From: an uncultured Chloroflexia bacterium
GTDB taxonomy: Bacteria; Chloroflexota; Limnocylindria; Limnocylindrales; CSP1-4
Direction: 5' to 3'
Assembly: GCA_963766735.1 (NCBI GenBank)
Contig: CAVYBU010000003.1
Span: 288,001 to 352,000 of the forward strand
Length of the DNA: 64,000 bases
How positions within the stretch are numbered: the first letter of the stretch is position 1; each line of letters begins with the position of its first letter. Shown in pieces: positions 21,202 through 31,183 of this stretch. Made by a program: the position numbers and the translations under genes. Below the pieces are notes generated by a model, which made no database searches, was not told the origin of the DNA, and saw only the letters and a list, made by a program, of their open reading frames with translations.

Positions 21202-22377
21202 ATGACAACCGAGGCGAGATCCCGGGGCTTGAGCTCTGGGCTGGCCCTGTCCGTGGCACTGGCAATCGCTGCCTGCACGTCCGGCGGCTCGGGCAGCAAT
21301 CCCCCGTCCGCGCCCCCGTCCGCGCCCTTGTCCGCGCCCTCGTCCGCGCCCACCGCCGTCCCGACCGCCGATCCCTTCGCCGGACTCCCGTACCGGATGA
21401 ACCTGCCGGCCGACTGGATTGTCCTCGGCTCGCCCGGGTACGACGCGTCGCTGGACACCTCGCCCGACGTGGTGGCCTGGCTGAAGGGCCTCGACCTCGA
21501 CGGCCAGTACGCGTTCCGCGCGTACGAGCCCCTGCCGGGTGCCGCCGGCCTGCGGGTTGCCATCAACCCCCTGCAGGCCTGGAACCCGTCGCCCCTCCAG
21601 GACGAGGGAGCGGTCGCGGCGCTCCCCGGCGTGACCGGCACGGTCTCCAGCGACGTGCTGGCGACCGGCGCCAACTGGAAGGCGTTCGGCTACCGGTGGG
21701 AGGAGACGATCGACTGGGGCGACGGATCCCCGTCCGCCCGCACCTGCATCGGCTACTTCGTGATGGTGGACAACCCGGTCAACGTGGTCTTCTGCCATCC
21801 CGCTGGGGCTGACCGCCAGGCTGAGATCGATGCCCTCGTGAGCACCTTCGAGGTGCTCGGCAGCCCGGTCTTCAGCCTGCCCCCGGGCGAGACGCCCACG
21901 CCTTCGCCCACCCCGTACGACAAGTACGGTTCACCCGAGCCGGTGCCAACGTTCCACGCCGACCTCCAGATGGAGGCGCTCCTGCCGGATACCCTCGGCG
22001 GGCGGCCCGTCGACAAGGAGTCGCGAACGGGTGTCGACCTGGGCATGGGCGGCGAGGATCCCATCCTGAAGGCATTCGGCAAGAGCCCTGCCGACTTCGC
22101 GAGCGCCACCGGCAACGTCATGCCGACCGAGGACCAGCCCGCGGCGACCCTCAGTGTCATTCGGCTCCGCGGCGTCCCGGGCGACCAGCTCCTGGCCTTC
22201 CAGCTCGAGCAGATGCCCGACGCCAAGGTGTCCACGGTATCCCTGGGGGGCCACGATGTGACGTACGTGGAGTACGGGGCATGGCCCTTCTGGATGTACG
22301 CGACCGGAGACCTCATGTACGGCGTCGGGCTCGCGGGCGAGGCGGCGGCCGCGGAGGTCTTCGCCGCGCTTCCCTAG
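21202..22377 (+). CDS. Hypothetical lipoprotein
   Basis: Lipobox IAAC, SAP-rich linker, two extracellular domains. Confidence 0.7.
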   Translation: MTTEARSRGLSSGLALSVALAIAACTSGGSGSNPPSAPPSAPLSAPSSAPTAVPTADPFAGLPYRMNLPADWIVLGSPGYDASLDTSPDVVAWLKGLDLDGQYAFRAYEPLPGAAGLRVAINPLQAWNPSPLQDEGAVAALPGVTGTVSSDVLATGANWKAFGYRWEETIDWGDGSPSARTCIGYFVMVDNPVNVVFCHPAGADRQAEIDALVSTFEVLGSPVFSLPPGETPTPSPTPYDKYGSPEPVPTFHADLQMEALLPDTLGGRPVDKESRTGVDLGMGGEDPILKAFGKSPADFASATGNVMPTEDQPAATLSVIRLRGVPGDQLLAFQLEQMPDAKVSTVSLGGHDVTYVEYGAWPFWMYATGDLMYGVGLAGEAAAAEVFAALP

Positions 22378-22671
22378 CGCTCGGGCGTGGCCGCGAGGCT
22401 GTCCTGGATCCGGTGGCGCAGCTCGATGCAGGCCCGCAGCTCCTCGGTAGACAGCACGCTCGTCCAGGTAGTCTCTATGCGACGGACGATCGTGCGGACC
22501 CGGTGGACCACATCGAGCCCGGCCGTCGAGGGTCCCTCCTCGGCGCCCGTTTCGGTTCCCCGGCCATCCTCGGGGAGCTGGAACGCCGCCTCTGGCAGCC
22601 GTCGCCGGTCGGACGGCACGACGTAGGATTGTGTGCGTGCCCACCTCGTACCTGTATCGGAGGACGGCGAC

Positions 22672-24117
22672 GTGACGCTGCCGCTCGAGACCCCTCGATG
22701 GGACCGCATGGCCCCGGCCACGGCGGCTCGCCTGGAGGAAGCCGCATTCGGGATCCTCGAGCGGACCGGGGTGGAGATCCCGGTTCCTGAGGCGCTCGAC
22801 CTCCTGCGCCGCGGTGGCGCCGCCGTCGATGGGTCGCGCGTGCGCTTCCCGGAGCGCCTCGTCAGGTGGGCCATCGACACGACGCCCAAGCAGGTCACCC
22901 TCCACGACCGCGAGGGTCGTCCCGCTATCCGCCTCGGTGGGCGCAGCCACTTCTTCGGGACTGGTTCTGACTGCCTGAACGTCCTCGACCACCGGACGGG
23001 CGAGCACCGCCGCGCCACGTCCGCAGACCTGCTGGAGGGCCTGACGCTCGCCGACGCCCTGCCCAACATCGACTTCGTGATGTCGATGTTCCTCCCCGAG
23101 GACGTTGACCAGACCCTCGCCGACCGGCACCAGGCCGCGGAGCTGCTCGCCCGCACGCGCAAGCCCATCGTGCTGGTGACCTACAACGTTGCCGGCATGC
23201 TCGATGGGCTCGAGATGGCCGAGATCGTGGCCGGTGGCCGCGAGGCCCTTGCGGCGCGGCCCCAGCTCGGCGTCTACATCAACGTCACCCGAGGCCTCCT
23301 GTTCAACGAGGATTCGGTCCACAAGCTCTTCGCCTGCGCCGAGCGCGGCGTCCCCGCCCTGTGGATTCCGGTCACCTCGGGTGGGACGACCGGCCCCATC
23401 ACCCTCGCCGGCACGATGGCGATCAACACCGCGGGCGTCCTGGCCGGCCTCGTGATCGCGCAGCTGGTCCGCGAGGGCACCCCCGTCATCGTGCCGGCCA
23501 TGGGCGGCGATTCGCTCGACCTTCGGACGATGGTCGACCCGTACGCCGGCCCGGAGCCGCGTGGCGTTGCGGCCTCGCTGGCGCACCGCTGGGGCCTTCC
23601 CATGTTCAGCCTTGCCGGCAGCGATTCGAAGACTGTCGACGAGCAGTCGGCGGCCGAGGCGGGCATGAGCATGCTCACCGAAGCCCTGGCGGGCGGGCAC
23701 CTGATCCACGATTGCGGGTACCTCGAGTCGGGTCTCACGGGTTCCCTGGTCCAGCTCGCGATCTGCGACGAGCTGGCCGGCTGGATCAACGCCGTCATCC
23801 GCCCGGTGGACGTCTCGGACGAGGAGCTGGCGCTGGACCTTGTCGAGGCCCACGGCGTCGATGGCTCCTATCTGGACGTCGACCACACGTTCGCCCACTA
23901 CCGTGAGCGGTGGTACCCAACCCTCATCGACCGCCGCGCGTACCCGGCGTGGCGTGCCGGCGGCTCGACGACGATGGCCCAGCGGGCCGCGGATCGCGTG
24001 GAGAAGCTGCTGGCGAGCCACGCCCCGACCCCGCTCCCCGCCGACGTGGAGGCGGCAGTGCGCGCCGTCGTCGATCGCGCCGGGACTGCCGCTGCCGAGG
24101 GGTCGGGCAGCTCCTAG
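22672..24117 (+). CDS. Trimethylamine methyltransferase (MttB) superfamily protein, non-pyrrolysine
   Basis: ILERTGV, GGTTGPITLAG, QLVREGTPVI, SDSKTVDEQSAAE, LIHDCGYLESG. GGAGG RBS; no in-frame TAG. Confidence 0.85.
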   Translation: MTLPLETPRWDRMAPATAARLEEAAFGILERTGVEIPVPEALDLLRRGGAAVDGSRVRFPERLVRWAIDTTPKQVTLHDREGRPAIRLGGRSHFFGTGSDCLNVLDHRTGEHRRATSADLLEGLTLADALPNIDFVMSMFLPEDVDQTLADRHQAAELLARTRKPIVLVTYNVAGMLDGLEMAEIVAGGREALAARPQLGVYINVTRGLLFNEDSVHKLFACAERGVPALWIPVTSGGTTGPITLAGTMAINTAGVLAGLVIAQLVREGTPVIVPAMGGDSLDLRTMVDPYAGPEPRGVAASLAHRWGLPMFSLAGSDSKTVDEQSAAEAGMSMLTEALAGGHLIHDCGYLESGLTGSLVQLAICDELAGWINAVIRPVDVSDEELALDLVEAHGVDGSYLDVDHTFAHYRERWYPTLIDRRAYPAWRAGGSTTMAQRAADRVEKLLASHAPTPLPADVEAAVRAVVDRAGTAAAEGSGSS

Positions 24118-24247
24118 CGGAGCGTCGGGACGGCGCCCGTGGAGCCCGGAGCCCCGTCACTCCGGGATGCGGACAAGCCGCCCGGGGGTCCCGAGCGGCT
24201 TGTCGATTGCCGGTGCAGTGCAGGCCAGGGCGCGGCCGCCGGTTCGC

Positions 24248-24799
24248 TCAGTCCTTGAACTTGAGGGCGCCTCCGTCAAAGGTGCTGACCATCGAGACCA
24301 TCAGGCCATCGTCGGTGATGTAGGCGTCCGAGCCCTGGTAGGGCTCAGCCAGGAACTCGGCATCGGCCTCCCACGTCACGGCCAGGGTGCCTCCGGTCAC
24401 CTGTCGCGAGATCTCCGTGAACGTGATCCCGCACAGCCCGCCGTCGTCGGGCGGCAGGACGAACCCGGCGAACAGCGCCGCAGTGTCTTCGCGGCCTGTG
24501 ACGACCGTTCCGCCCGGCAAGCGGATCTCGTAGCTGTCCGGGTACTGCTGCATCAGGCCCTTCCAGTCACAGCTGTTGAGGGCTTTGATGTGCTGGTCGA
24601 GCACAGCGTCCGGCGTCTTCTCACGCACCAGCTTGTCCGACAACTCCGCGGGATTGTTGGGGTTCGCGACCGTCATCGCCGTGTACTTGGCCGAGTTGGA
24701 GTTCCATCCCGGTACGGCCTTGCCGTTTCCGGCGTACGTCATCGCCGCGCCGGCGAGAAGCACGATGGTGACGAGCGCCACGAATCCGATCCTGCGCAT
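24248..24799 (-). CDS. Secreted NTF2/SnoaL-like protein
   Basis: Signal peptide; VLDQHIKALNSCDWKGLMQQY, VVTGRE, YQGSDAYI. Confidence 0.7.
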   Translation of the reverse strand: MRRIGFVALVTIVLLAGAAMTYAGNGKAVPGWNSNSAKYTAMTVANPNNPAELSDKLVREKTPDAVLDQHIKALNSCDWKGLMQQYPDSYEIRLPGGTVVTGREDTAALFAGFVLPPDDGGLCGITFTEISRQVTGGTLAVTWEADAEFLAEPYQGSDAYITDDGLMVSMVSTFDGGALKFKD

Positions 24800-25024
24800 G
24801 TCGCTTCCTCCATGGGGTGGCCAGGCGGGTCGGTCTCGCCAGTGGCTCGGCGCGGTCCCGGCGGCCGGGGTTTGGACCGCGTGTCATCGCCTCCCGCAGC
24901 GCGGTCAGCATGACAGGGTAGGTGCCCGTTGACAAGGATCACCGATTCTCGATTCTCGATTATTCGTGGTTCGCACGCCGGCGGCCGGGCTCCGGCCCGC
25001 TCTCTTGGCGAACCTGGGCGGCTC

Positions 25025-25145
25025 TCAACCTGGCGGGGCGGGCGGAGCGGGCTGCAGGCCCGTATCCGGACCGGGGGGCAGGACCAGCAGCGTGATCGTC
25101 GCCAGGATGAGCACGACCAGCAGGCCAATCGGCAACCGGTGGGCC
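25025..25145 (-). pseudogene. Orphan 3' fragment paralogous to the membrane-protein gene at 33557-34075
   Basis: Encodes about GLLVVLILATITLLVLPPGPDTGLQPAPPAPPG*, versus GLLGALIVATVTLLVLPPGPDTGPQPAPTAPSG*. Confidence 0.6.
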
Positions 25146-25714
25146 TACGGGCCGATGGGGATCCCCGGGCACGGGGCCACCGAAGCCGGCCGGTGCGGTG
25201 CCATCTCGGCGAATGCCTCGAGAAAGGCCCGCCATGCGTCGAGCCCGCCGGCGGCCTCGAACGCCGCCTGCGCATCGGGCGCGTCGGGCACGCCCTTGGC
25301 GACGTCGACGTGGGCGAGCATCTTGGTCTCCACGGCGACGAAGATGCGGTCCATCTCGGCCATCGTGCGGGCGGCCGGCGGCCAGCCGGCGGCGTAGGCG
25401 ATCTGCTGGCGCGCGGTCTCGAGCTCGTTGTTGATCTTGCCCTGGAGCCCCGCGGCCGTCGCGTCGTCGCCGGCGTCGGCCGCCGCCTGGAGCTGCTGCA
25501 CGGCGTCGGTCAAGTCGGCGGTTTCCAGGTTGCCGACGACGCGGAACATCGTCCCCCAAGCGGAGCAGAACGCCGTCGCGTATTCGTCGAAGCTGGTCGC
25601 CCCCGCCGGGCTCGGGCTGGCCGCCGGGCTCGGGCTGGCAGCCGAGGCGCCACAGGCGACCGCCGATGTGGCTATCACGATCGAGAGGATGGTCCCCGCC
25701 AGACGGTGGTGCAT
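25145..25714 (-). CDS. Hypothetical lipoprotein
   Basis: Lipobox AVAC, GGAGG RBS, upstream TGTCAC-N16-CGTC (25781-25756). Confidence 0.7.
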   Translation of the reverse strand: MHHRLAGTILSIVIATSAVACGASAASPSPAASPSPAGATSFDEYATAFCSAWGTMFRVVGNLETADLTDAVQQLQAAADAGDDATAAGLQGKINNELETARQQIAYAAGWPPAARTMAEMDRIFVAVETKMLAHVDVAKGVPDAPDAQAAFEAAGGLDAWRAFLEAFAEMAPHRPASVAPCPGIPIGP

Positions 25715-25808
25715 CTCGTGCCTCCTGCCCACGTCAACTCCGAGCTCGACTGGGAGACGCGCCAAGCCCGCGGGTGTGACACGACGCCCCGGCACGTCGC
25801 GGCCGCGT

Positions 25809-27185
25809 CTACGGGGGCGCCAGGATCGACGGGTCAAGGAGCTCCGCCCGAGTCAGCGTCTCTCCAGCTCCGAAGCCGCCGATGAGCAGGATCCGGCCGT
25901 CCGGGAGCTGGGTCGCGGTGTGCACGTTCCGGGGGTCAATCGGGGATCCAGCCCTGCTGAACGCGCCCTCCCCCGGATCGAAGACCTGCGTCCCCGTGTC
26001 CTCCTCGTCGAAGATGCTGCCGATCAGCAGGACCCGGCCGTCGGCGAGCATCGCTGCCGTGTGGCTACCGAGCTGGCTCGCCGACAAGCCGACAACGGCG
26101 AAGGATCGAGAGCCCGGATCCCACACCTCCGCGGCCCGCACCGGCTGCCCGTCACCGCCGACGCCGCCGACCACCAGGACGCGCCCGTCTCGCAGCACGG
26201 TTGCCGTGTGCCCCGTGCGCGCATTGAACGCCACACCGGCCGGCTCGAACGCCAGGGTGCGGGGGTTCCAGAGCTCGGCTGTGGGCGCGTTGCTGCGGTG
26301 GCCCACCCCATTCGGCGTGTACCCGCCGATCACGAGGACGCGACCGTCGGGCAGCAGGGTCGAGGTGTGGACGGACCGCGGAGCGATGAGCGTCCCGGCG
26401 CCGCTGAACGCGCCAGTGGCGGGGTTCCAGACCTCGGCACCGGACTCGCCGATGATGAGCACATCGCCGCTGTCGAGCAGCGTCGCCGTGTGATGGCTAC
26501 GGCCCTCCGACATCGCCCCTGCGCGACTGAATGTCCGGCTGGCGGGATCCCAGATCTCGACGCTTGGCTGGGCCTCCGGCGCGGAATTCGATGGCCCCAG
26601 CACCACCCGGCCGCCGGTCACCAGGACCCGCCCGTCCGCCAGCGCCGTTGCGGTGTGAGACAGCCGTCCCCGGATCAGCTCGCCAGCCGGCTGGAAGCAT
26701 CGACAGGCTGGGTCCCAGAGCTCGGCAGAGGGGAAGCTGAAGGCGTCAGGAGGCCTCGGATCCATTCCCCCGACGACGAGCACACAGCCTCCCGGCAGGA
26801 GCGAGGCGGTGTGCCATATCCGCCCCTGTGCGAGCGCACCGGCCGGGACCGCCGCGGCGCCGCCGGGCGCCGGCTCGTCGGGCGGGGAACCGAGGGGACA
26901 TCCCAGCGCCGGGACGACGGCCGGGAGCTTCCCCTCCGGCTGCGAGCCGACGACCAGCATCCCGGCGACGAGTGCGGTGAGCAGGGCGGTTAGCAGCAGC
27001 ACCCAGGCGACGCGGGGGACGGCAACCGGGCGCCAGCCGACGATCGCGCCAGGCCCGTGCCGGCGTGGCTTCGCCGCGGCGATCCGGTGGGCGAGCTGCG
27101 CCGGGTCGAGATCGGACGAGACACGTCCGACGTAGCCGTGGACGGCGGTGTGGAGCTGGGCCTCGAAAGCGTCGCGCTCAGTCAT
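25809..27185 (-). CDS. Membrane-anchored Kelch-repeat protein, putative anti-sigma/sensor (copy 1)
   Basis: Short cytoplasmic N-terminus, TM, repeated HTAT.L.DGRVLV.GG. Overlaps the sigma stop. Confidence 0.85.
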   Translation of the reverse strand: MTERDAFEAQLHTAVHGYVGRVSSDLDPAQLAHRIAAAKPRRHGPGAIVGWRPVAVPRVAWVLLLTALLTALVAGMLVVGSQPEGKLPAVVPALGCPLGSPPDEPAPGGAAAVPAGALAQGRIWHTASLLPGGCVLVVGGMDPRPPDAFSFPSAELWDPACRCFQPAGELIRGRLSHTATALADGRVLVTGGRVVLGPSNSAPEAQPSVEIWDPASRTFSRAGAMSEGRSHHTATLLDSGDVLIIGESGAEVWNPATGAFSGAGTLIAPRSVHTSTLLPDGRVLVIGGYTPNGVGHRSNAPTAELWNPRTLAFEPAGVAFNARTGHTATVLRDGRVLVVGGVGGDGQPVRAAEVWDPGSRSFAVVGLSASQLGSHTAAMLADGRVLLIGSIFDEEDTGTQVFDPGEGAFSRAGSPIDPRNVHTATQLPDGRILLIGGFGAGETLTRAELLDPSILAPP

Positions 27186-27720
27186 CGCCGAGCTCCTTCC
27201 GGAGGCCGTCGAGCAGCCGGGACAGACGCGTCCGCACGCCCGACGGGGAGATACCGAGGATCGGCGCCAGCTCCGACGAGTCGAGGTCGGCCGCGTAGCG
27301 CATAGCGACGAGCGCCCGCTCATCCGGCTTCAGGCGAGCGAGCGCGTTCGCGAGGTCCACAGAGTCGATCCCGATCGCGGTGTCGGCCCCGGTGGACCGG
27401 TCGGTGGCGACCTTCAGCTCCACGACCCCGTGCCGATGCTCGCGCCTGACGAGCTTGCGGGCCTCGTTGGCGGCGACCGCCACCAGCCAGGCCTTGAGCC
27501 GGTCGGGGTCGCGCAGCGATCTGAGCTTGCGCCAGGCGATCCACCAGGCGGCCTGCGCGGCGTCCTCGGCGAGGCCCTCGTCGCCACAGATGACGTAGGC
27601 GACCCGGACCAGGTCCAGGTGGTAGGCGGCGACGATCCGGGCGAAGGCGAGCTCGTCACCCGCGATGGCACGCTCCACCGTGGTCGCGATCGCAGCGCTG
27701 TCGAGGGCGAGGCTCGTCAT
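27178..27720 (-). CDS. ECF sigma-70 factor (copy 1)
   Basis: GDELAFARIV, AEDAAQAAW, LKAWLVAVAANEAR, region 4 LGISPSGVRTRLSR. Confidence 0.9.
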   Translation of the reverse strand: MTSLALDSAAIATTVERAIAGDELAFARIVAAYHLDLVRVAYVICGDEGLAEDAAQAAWWIAWRKLRSLRDPDRLKAWLVAVAANEARKLVRREHRHGVVELKVATDRSTGADTAIGIDSVDLANALARLKPDERALVAMRYAADLDSSELAPILGISPSGVRTRLSRLLDGLRKELGDD

Positions 27721-29009
27721 GGCGTCCGGGAGCTGGGTCGCGGTGTGCACGTTCCGTGGGTCAAGCAAGGATCCAGCCCGGCTGAACGCCCCCGTCAGCG
27801 GATCGAAGACCTGCGTCCCGTGTCCTCCTCGTCGAAGATGCTGCCGATCAGCAGGACCCGGCCGTCGGCGAGCATCGTTGCCGTGTGGCTGCCGAGCTGG
27901 CTCGCCGACGGGCCAACAACGGCGAAGGATCGAGAGCCCGGCTCCCACACCTCCGCGACCCGCACCGGCTGCCCGTCACCGCCGACGCCGCCGACCACCA
28001 GGACGCGCCCGTCTCGGAGCACGGTGGCCGTGTGTCCTGTGCGCGCGTTGAATGCCACACCGGCCGGCTCGAACGCCAGTGTGCGGGGGTTCCAGAGCTC
28101 GGCTGTGGGCGCGTTGCTGCGGTGACCCACCCCATTCGGCGTGTACCCGCCGACCACGAGGACGCGACCGTCGGGCAGCAGGGTCGAGGTGTGGCCAGAC
28201 CGCGGAGCGATGAGCGTCACGGCGCCGCTGAACGCGCCGGTGGTGGGGTTCGAGACCTCGGCACCGGACTCGCCGATGATGAGCACATCGCCGCTTTCCA
28301 GCAGCGTCGCCGTGTGACGGCTACGGCCCTCCGACATCGCCCCTGCGCGACTGAATGTCCTGCTGGCGGGATCCCAGATCTCGACGCTTGGCTGGGCCTC
28401 CGGCGCAGAATTCGATGGTCCCAGCACCACTCGGCCGCCGGTCACCAGGACCCGCCCGTCCGCCAGTGCCGTTGCGGTGTGATACTGCCGTCCCCGGATC
28501 AGCTCGCCGGCCGGTTGGAAGCAACGACAGGCTGGGTCCCAGAGCTCGGCAGCGGGGAAGCTGAAGGCGTCAGGAGGCATCGGATCCATTCCCCCGACGA
28601 CGAGCACGCAGCCTCCCGGCAGGAGCGAGGCGGTGTGCCATATCCGCCCCTGTGCAAGCGCACCGGCCGGCACCGCCGCGGCGCCGCCGGGCGCCGGCTC
28701 GTCGGGCGGGGATCCGAGGGGACATCCCAGCGCCGGGACGACGGCCGGGAGCTTCCCCTCCGGCTGCGAGCCGACGACCAGCATCCCGGCGACGATCGCG
28801 GTGAGCAGGGCGGCCAGCAGCAGCACCCAGGCGACGCGGGGGACGGCAACCGGGCGCCAGCCGACGATCGCCGCGCGCCAGTGACCGCGTGGCTTCGCCG
28901 CGGCGATCCGGTGGGCGAGCTGCGCCGGGTCGAGATCGGACGAGACACGTCCGACGTAGCCGTGGACGGCGGTGTGAAACTGGGCCTCGAAAGCGTCGCG
29001 CTCAGTCAT
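27721..29009 (-). pseudogene. Kelch-repeat protein copy 2, C-terminally truncated at the duplication junction, with a frameshift near 27815
   Basis: Near-identical to 25809-27185 but runs into the sigma copy 1 start (HTATQLPD-A-MTSLALD). Confidence 0.8.
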
Positions 29010-29544
29010 CGCCGAGCTCCTTCCGGAGGCCGTCGAGCAGCCGGGACAGACGCGTCCGCACGCCCGACGGGGAGATACCGAGGATCGGCGCCAGCTCCGA
29101 CGAGTCGAGGTCGGCCGCGTAGCGCATGGCGACGAGCGCCCGGTCATCCGGCTTCAGGCGAGCGAGCGCGTTCGCGAGGTCCACGTGGTCGATCCCGAAC
29201 GCGGTGTCGGCCCCGGTGGACCGGTCGGCGGCGACCTTCAGCTCCACGATCCCGTGCCGGTGCTCGCGCCGGAGGACCTTGCGGGCCTCGTTCGCGGCGA
29301 CCGCCACGAGCCAGGCCTTGAGCCGATCGGGGTCGCGGAGCGATCCGAGCTTGCGCCAGGCGATCCACCAGGCGGCCTGCGCGGCGTCCTCGGCGAGGTC
29401 CTCGTCGCCACAGATGACGTAGGCGACCCGGACCAGGTCCAGGTGGTAGGCGGCGACGATCCGGGCGAAGGCGACCTCGTCACCCGCGATGGCACGCTCC
29501 ACCGTGGTCGCGATCGCAGCGCTGTCGAGGGCGAGGCTCGTCAT
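29002..29544 (-). CDS. ECF sigma-70 factor (copy 2)
   Basis: Near-identical to 27178-27720; retains its upstream region. Confidence 0.9.
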   Translation of the reverse strand: MTSLALDSAAIATTVERAIAGDEVAFARIVAAYHLDLVRVAYVICGDEDLAEDAAQAAWWIAWRKLGSLRDPDRLKAWLVAVAANEARKVLRREHRHGIVELKVAADRSTGADTAFGIDHVDLANALARLKPDDRALVAMRYAADLDSSELAPILGISPSGVRTRLSRLLDGLRKELGDD

Positions 29545-29889
29545 GGCATAGAGATACCGGCGGGGTGCCCGAGTGTCCCAGCTGGGCGGGTGATGGCCGA
29601 CGCCGACCGGCGGGAAATCATCATGCGCCCGACTGCGCTCCATGCAAGAGCCGTTCGTCAGCGGCGCATGCCGTGCTCCGACGCCAGCCCGGACGAGGCC
29701 GGAGGTCGGCCGCGACCAGTGGCCGTCCTATCGGTGGGGCGTCCTATCGGTCTCGCGCGTTTTCCCGGGCAAGGGAACCGGCCCAGCGCTCGTCTTCCAG
29801 CGCGAAGGCTTTGCCCAGGATGCTCAGGTCGATCCTCGGTAGCTCTGCGGCGGCGACGGCCCGCTGCCGGAGCGTCGGGCCGGTAGCAC

Positions 29890-31062
29890 CTACGGCAACG
29901 GGCGAAGGCGGGGGTGTGTCCCTCGGAGGAAGTCGGAGCCGGCGGCGGAGGCGAGGCCGGTCCCGTCGGCATTCATGGTCGCCATGGTCCAGCCGGGCCA
30001 CTCCGTCCCGACCGTCTGGACGAAGACGATCGAGCGGCCGTCGGGTGACCATGTCGGCTGGGACGAGAGCGGGCCGCTCGCCGTGCCATTCCGGGTGAGC
30101 TGCGTCCCGCTCGGGTTGTGGGTGAGCTCGGTCATCCCTGTCCCGTCGGGCCGGATCGTGTACAGGTCCGAGGGCGGTGACGGATCCTCGAAGCTGCCGC
30201 CGTCGCGCTGGCCCAGGTCATAGGTGCTGAACACGATGAGGTCCTCCGTCGGGCTCCAGTCCGGGTAGGCGGCGAACATCGTCCAGTCCGTCAGACGACG
30301 AGGCTCCGGCACCTTGGCGGTCAGGTCGACGACGGCGATGGCGGATCCGTTGACCCGGCTGGTGTCGTTGCCGGTGTCGAGATACCGATCCATCTGCACC
30401 ACGAGCGACCGGCCGTCTGCCGACCAGCGGGCGCCGTTGGCGTACTCGGCGCCCGTGGTGTGCACGAGGTCCCGGATCGCGCCGGTGGCGACGTCGACGG
30501 CCTGGACAACCGAGCCCGGGTTCTGGCCGTCGACGAGGTCGATCCGGGTGAAGGCGACCTCGGAGCCGTCGGGCGACCATGCCGGCTGGTTGAGGTCGCG
30601 GCAGGGCGCCACGCAACTCGCGAGACGGCTGGGGTCCGTCCCGTCGGCGGTAGCAACCCAGATCTCACCCTCCATCTCGAAGGCGATCCGTGCGCCGTCA
30701 GGGGACCAGTCCGGATGCCACTGCTCCCGGCTCTCGTCCGGGAGGAGCAGATGCATGTCCGTGCCGTCAGGGCGGACAAGCCGCAGGCGGGCCTGCTGGT
30801 CCCAGTACTGGTAGACGAGCCACGGCTCACCGGGCATGACGGCGATCGACGCAGATGCAGGCGTGGCCGTAGCCGCAACGGCCGGCGCGGTCGTCGCAGG
30901 AGCAGGCGTCGGGATCGTTGTCGCGATGACGGTCGAGGACGCCGGTGCAGGCGAGGCCAGCGGTGAAGGCGAGGCCACCGAGGCCGAACCCGGCGAACTG
31001 GAGCACGCCGCGAGCAGGCCCACGATGGCCAGGCAGGCGAGACGGGACGCAAGACGAAGCAC
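29890..31062 (-). CDS. TolB-like/PD40 beta-propeller lipoprotein
   Basis: Lipobox LAAC; repeated PDWSPDG/PAWSPDG/PTWSPDG; GGAGGA RBS. Confidence 0.85.
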   Translation of the reverse strand: MLRLASRLACLAIVGLLAACSSSPGSASVASPSPLASPAPASSTVIATTIPTPAPATTAPAVAATATPASASIAVMPGEPWLVYQYWDQQARLRLVRPDGTDMHLLLPDESREQWHPDWSPDGARIAFEMEGEIWVATADGTDPSRLASCVAPCRDLNQPAWSPDGSEVAFTRIDLVDGQNPGSVVQAVDVATGAIRDLVHTTGAEYANGARWSADGRSLVVQMDRYLDTGNDTSRVNGSAIAVVDLTAKVPEPRRLTDWTMFAAYPDWSPTEDLIVFSTYDLGQRDGGSFEDPSPPSDLYTIRPDGTGMTELTHNPSGTQLTRNGTASGPLSSQPTWSPDGRSIVFVQTVGTEWPGWTMATMNADGTGLASAAGSDFLRGTHPRLRPLP

Positions 31063-31183
31063 GGGTCCTCCTATGGATTCGAGTGAGAGGGAGCCGGCAC
31101 GCCGCAACATGCGGAACCGGCAGGACCGTGGCGGGATGCAAGGGCGGCGCGACCCACGTGGCGTCGACCCCTCCCTCGGCCGC

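Larger units (their letters stand above)
25899..29547. repeat. Diverged tandem duplication of the sigma-Kelch pair, period about 1824 bp
   Basis: Starts 27185/29009 and 27720/29544 are both 1824 bp apart; scattered substitutions. Confidence 0.92.

Noticed and set aside
22374-22620. Small minus-strand ORF between the lipoprotein and the MttB gene
   Set aside because: No clear start, RBS or recognisable motif; cannot be supported.
5206-24021. Long overlapping or antisense ORFs (e.g. 6905-8374, 19067-20767, 21931-24021, and upstream extensions of 5206-7233 and 11504-13123)
   Set aside because: These are shadow ORFs expected at very high GC; they overlap well-supported genes and show no recognisable motifs.
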